Source: a phage
Sequence record: PV808484.1
Length of the DNA: 64,000 nt
Reading direction: 5' to 3' (one strand)
The notes beneath the pieces are model-generated. The model was not told the origin of the DNA and ran no database searches. It was given only the letters and a program-made list of their open reading frames with translations. Below, one piece after another: positions 63,763 through 64,000 of the stretch (positions are counted from its first letter, which is position 1; each line of letters opens with the position of its first letter). Made by a program: the position numbers and the translations under genes.

Positions 63763-63955
63763 CTACACTCTCCTTCAATTGTTCAATAGCATCTGCTGCT
63801 TCAATGTACTTACCTTTATACATTGCTTTTAAAGCCTTACGAACAAGATCATCGTCTGTGTATAAATCAATTAGCTGATTAGCTAACTCAATTTTTACAG
63901 GGTTTTTTAGATTAGGGTAGGCTTCATACAACATATTGTAATACTTATCACTCAA
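63746..63955 (-). CDS. hypothetical protein
   Basis: 69 aa ORF. Confidence 0.45.
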   Translation of the reverse strand: MSDKYYNMLYEAYPNLKNPVKIELANQLIDLYTDDDLVRKALKAMYKGKYIEAADAIEQLKESVDGFSR

Positions 63956-64000
63956 TTCTTTTTCAATATGAATAACGTGAATCGCTTTGTTTAGGTTGAT

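Noticed and set aside
100-63878. Antisense or overlapping ORFs from the six-frame track (for example 100-327, 1154-1459, 2407-2757, 12181-12681, 16260-16592, 16516-16875, 37796-38056, 40050-40615, 58808-59011)
   Set aside because: Each lies opposite or inside a longer ORF with recognisable homology or operon context and has no SD; treated as spurious.

Overview
This 64 kb window reads as a non-structural region of a large, AT-rich virulent dsDNA phage; no capsid, tail, terminase or portal gene is recognisable. Minus-strand operons at 3-8784 and 39520-63955 carry nucleotide-metabolism and accessory genes: class I ribonucleotide reductase nrdA/nrdB, glutaredoxin, a complete dTDP-L-rhamnose pathway rmlBACD, a ThyX-like enzyme, thymidine kinase, an NT5C-like nucleotidase, T4-type lysozyme, PhoH, an HslV-like peptidase, a serine recombinase, two DNA methyltransferases, a Ser/Thr phosphatase, a DprA/SLOG-like protein, a Sir2-family protein, a UvrD-type helicase and an HNH endonuclease. 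Plus-strand blocks at 8903-13635 and 26873-39419 hold small, tightly packed genes, including an AAA ATPase, a multi-zinc-ribbon protein, a NADAR-domain protein and several paralogous families. The most unusual part is a visibly GC-richer island at about 14200-25150. It is bounded by AT-rich tracts carrying near-consensus Fur-box-like palindromes and contains about 30 small genes, many driven by a near-identical cassette of a sigma70-type promoter followed by a conserved GC hairpin at the 5' end of the transcript. No tRNA, rRNA, CRISPR array or integrase was found. All functional calls come from motif recognition by eye; none has been checked by a database search.
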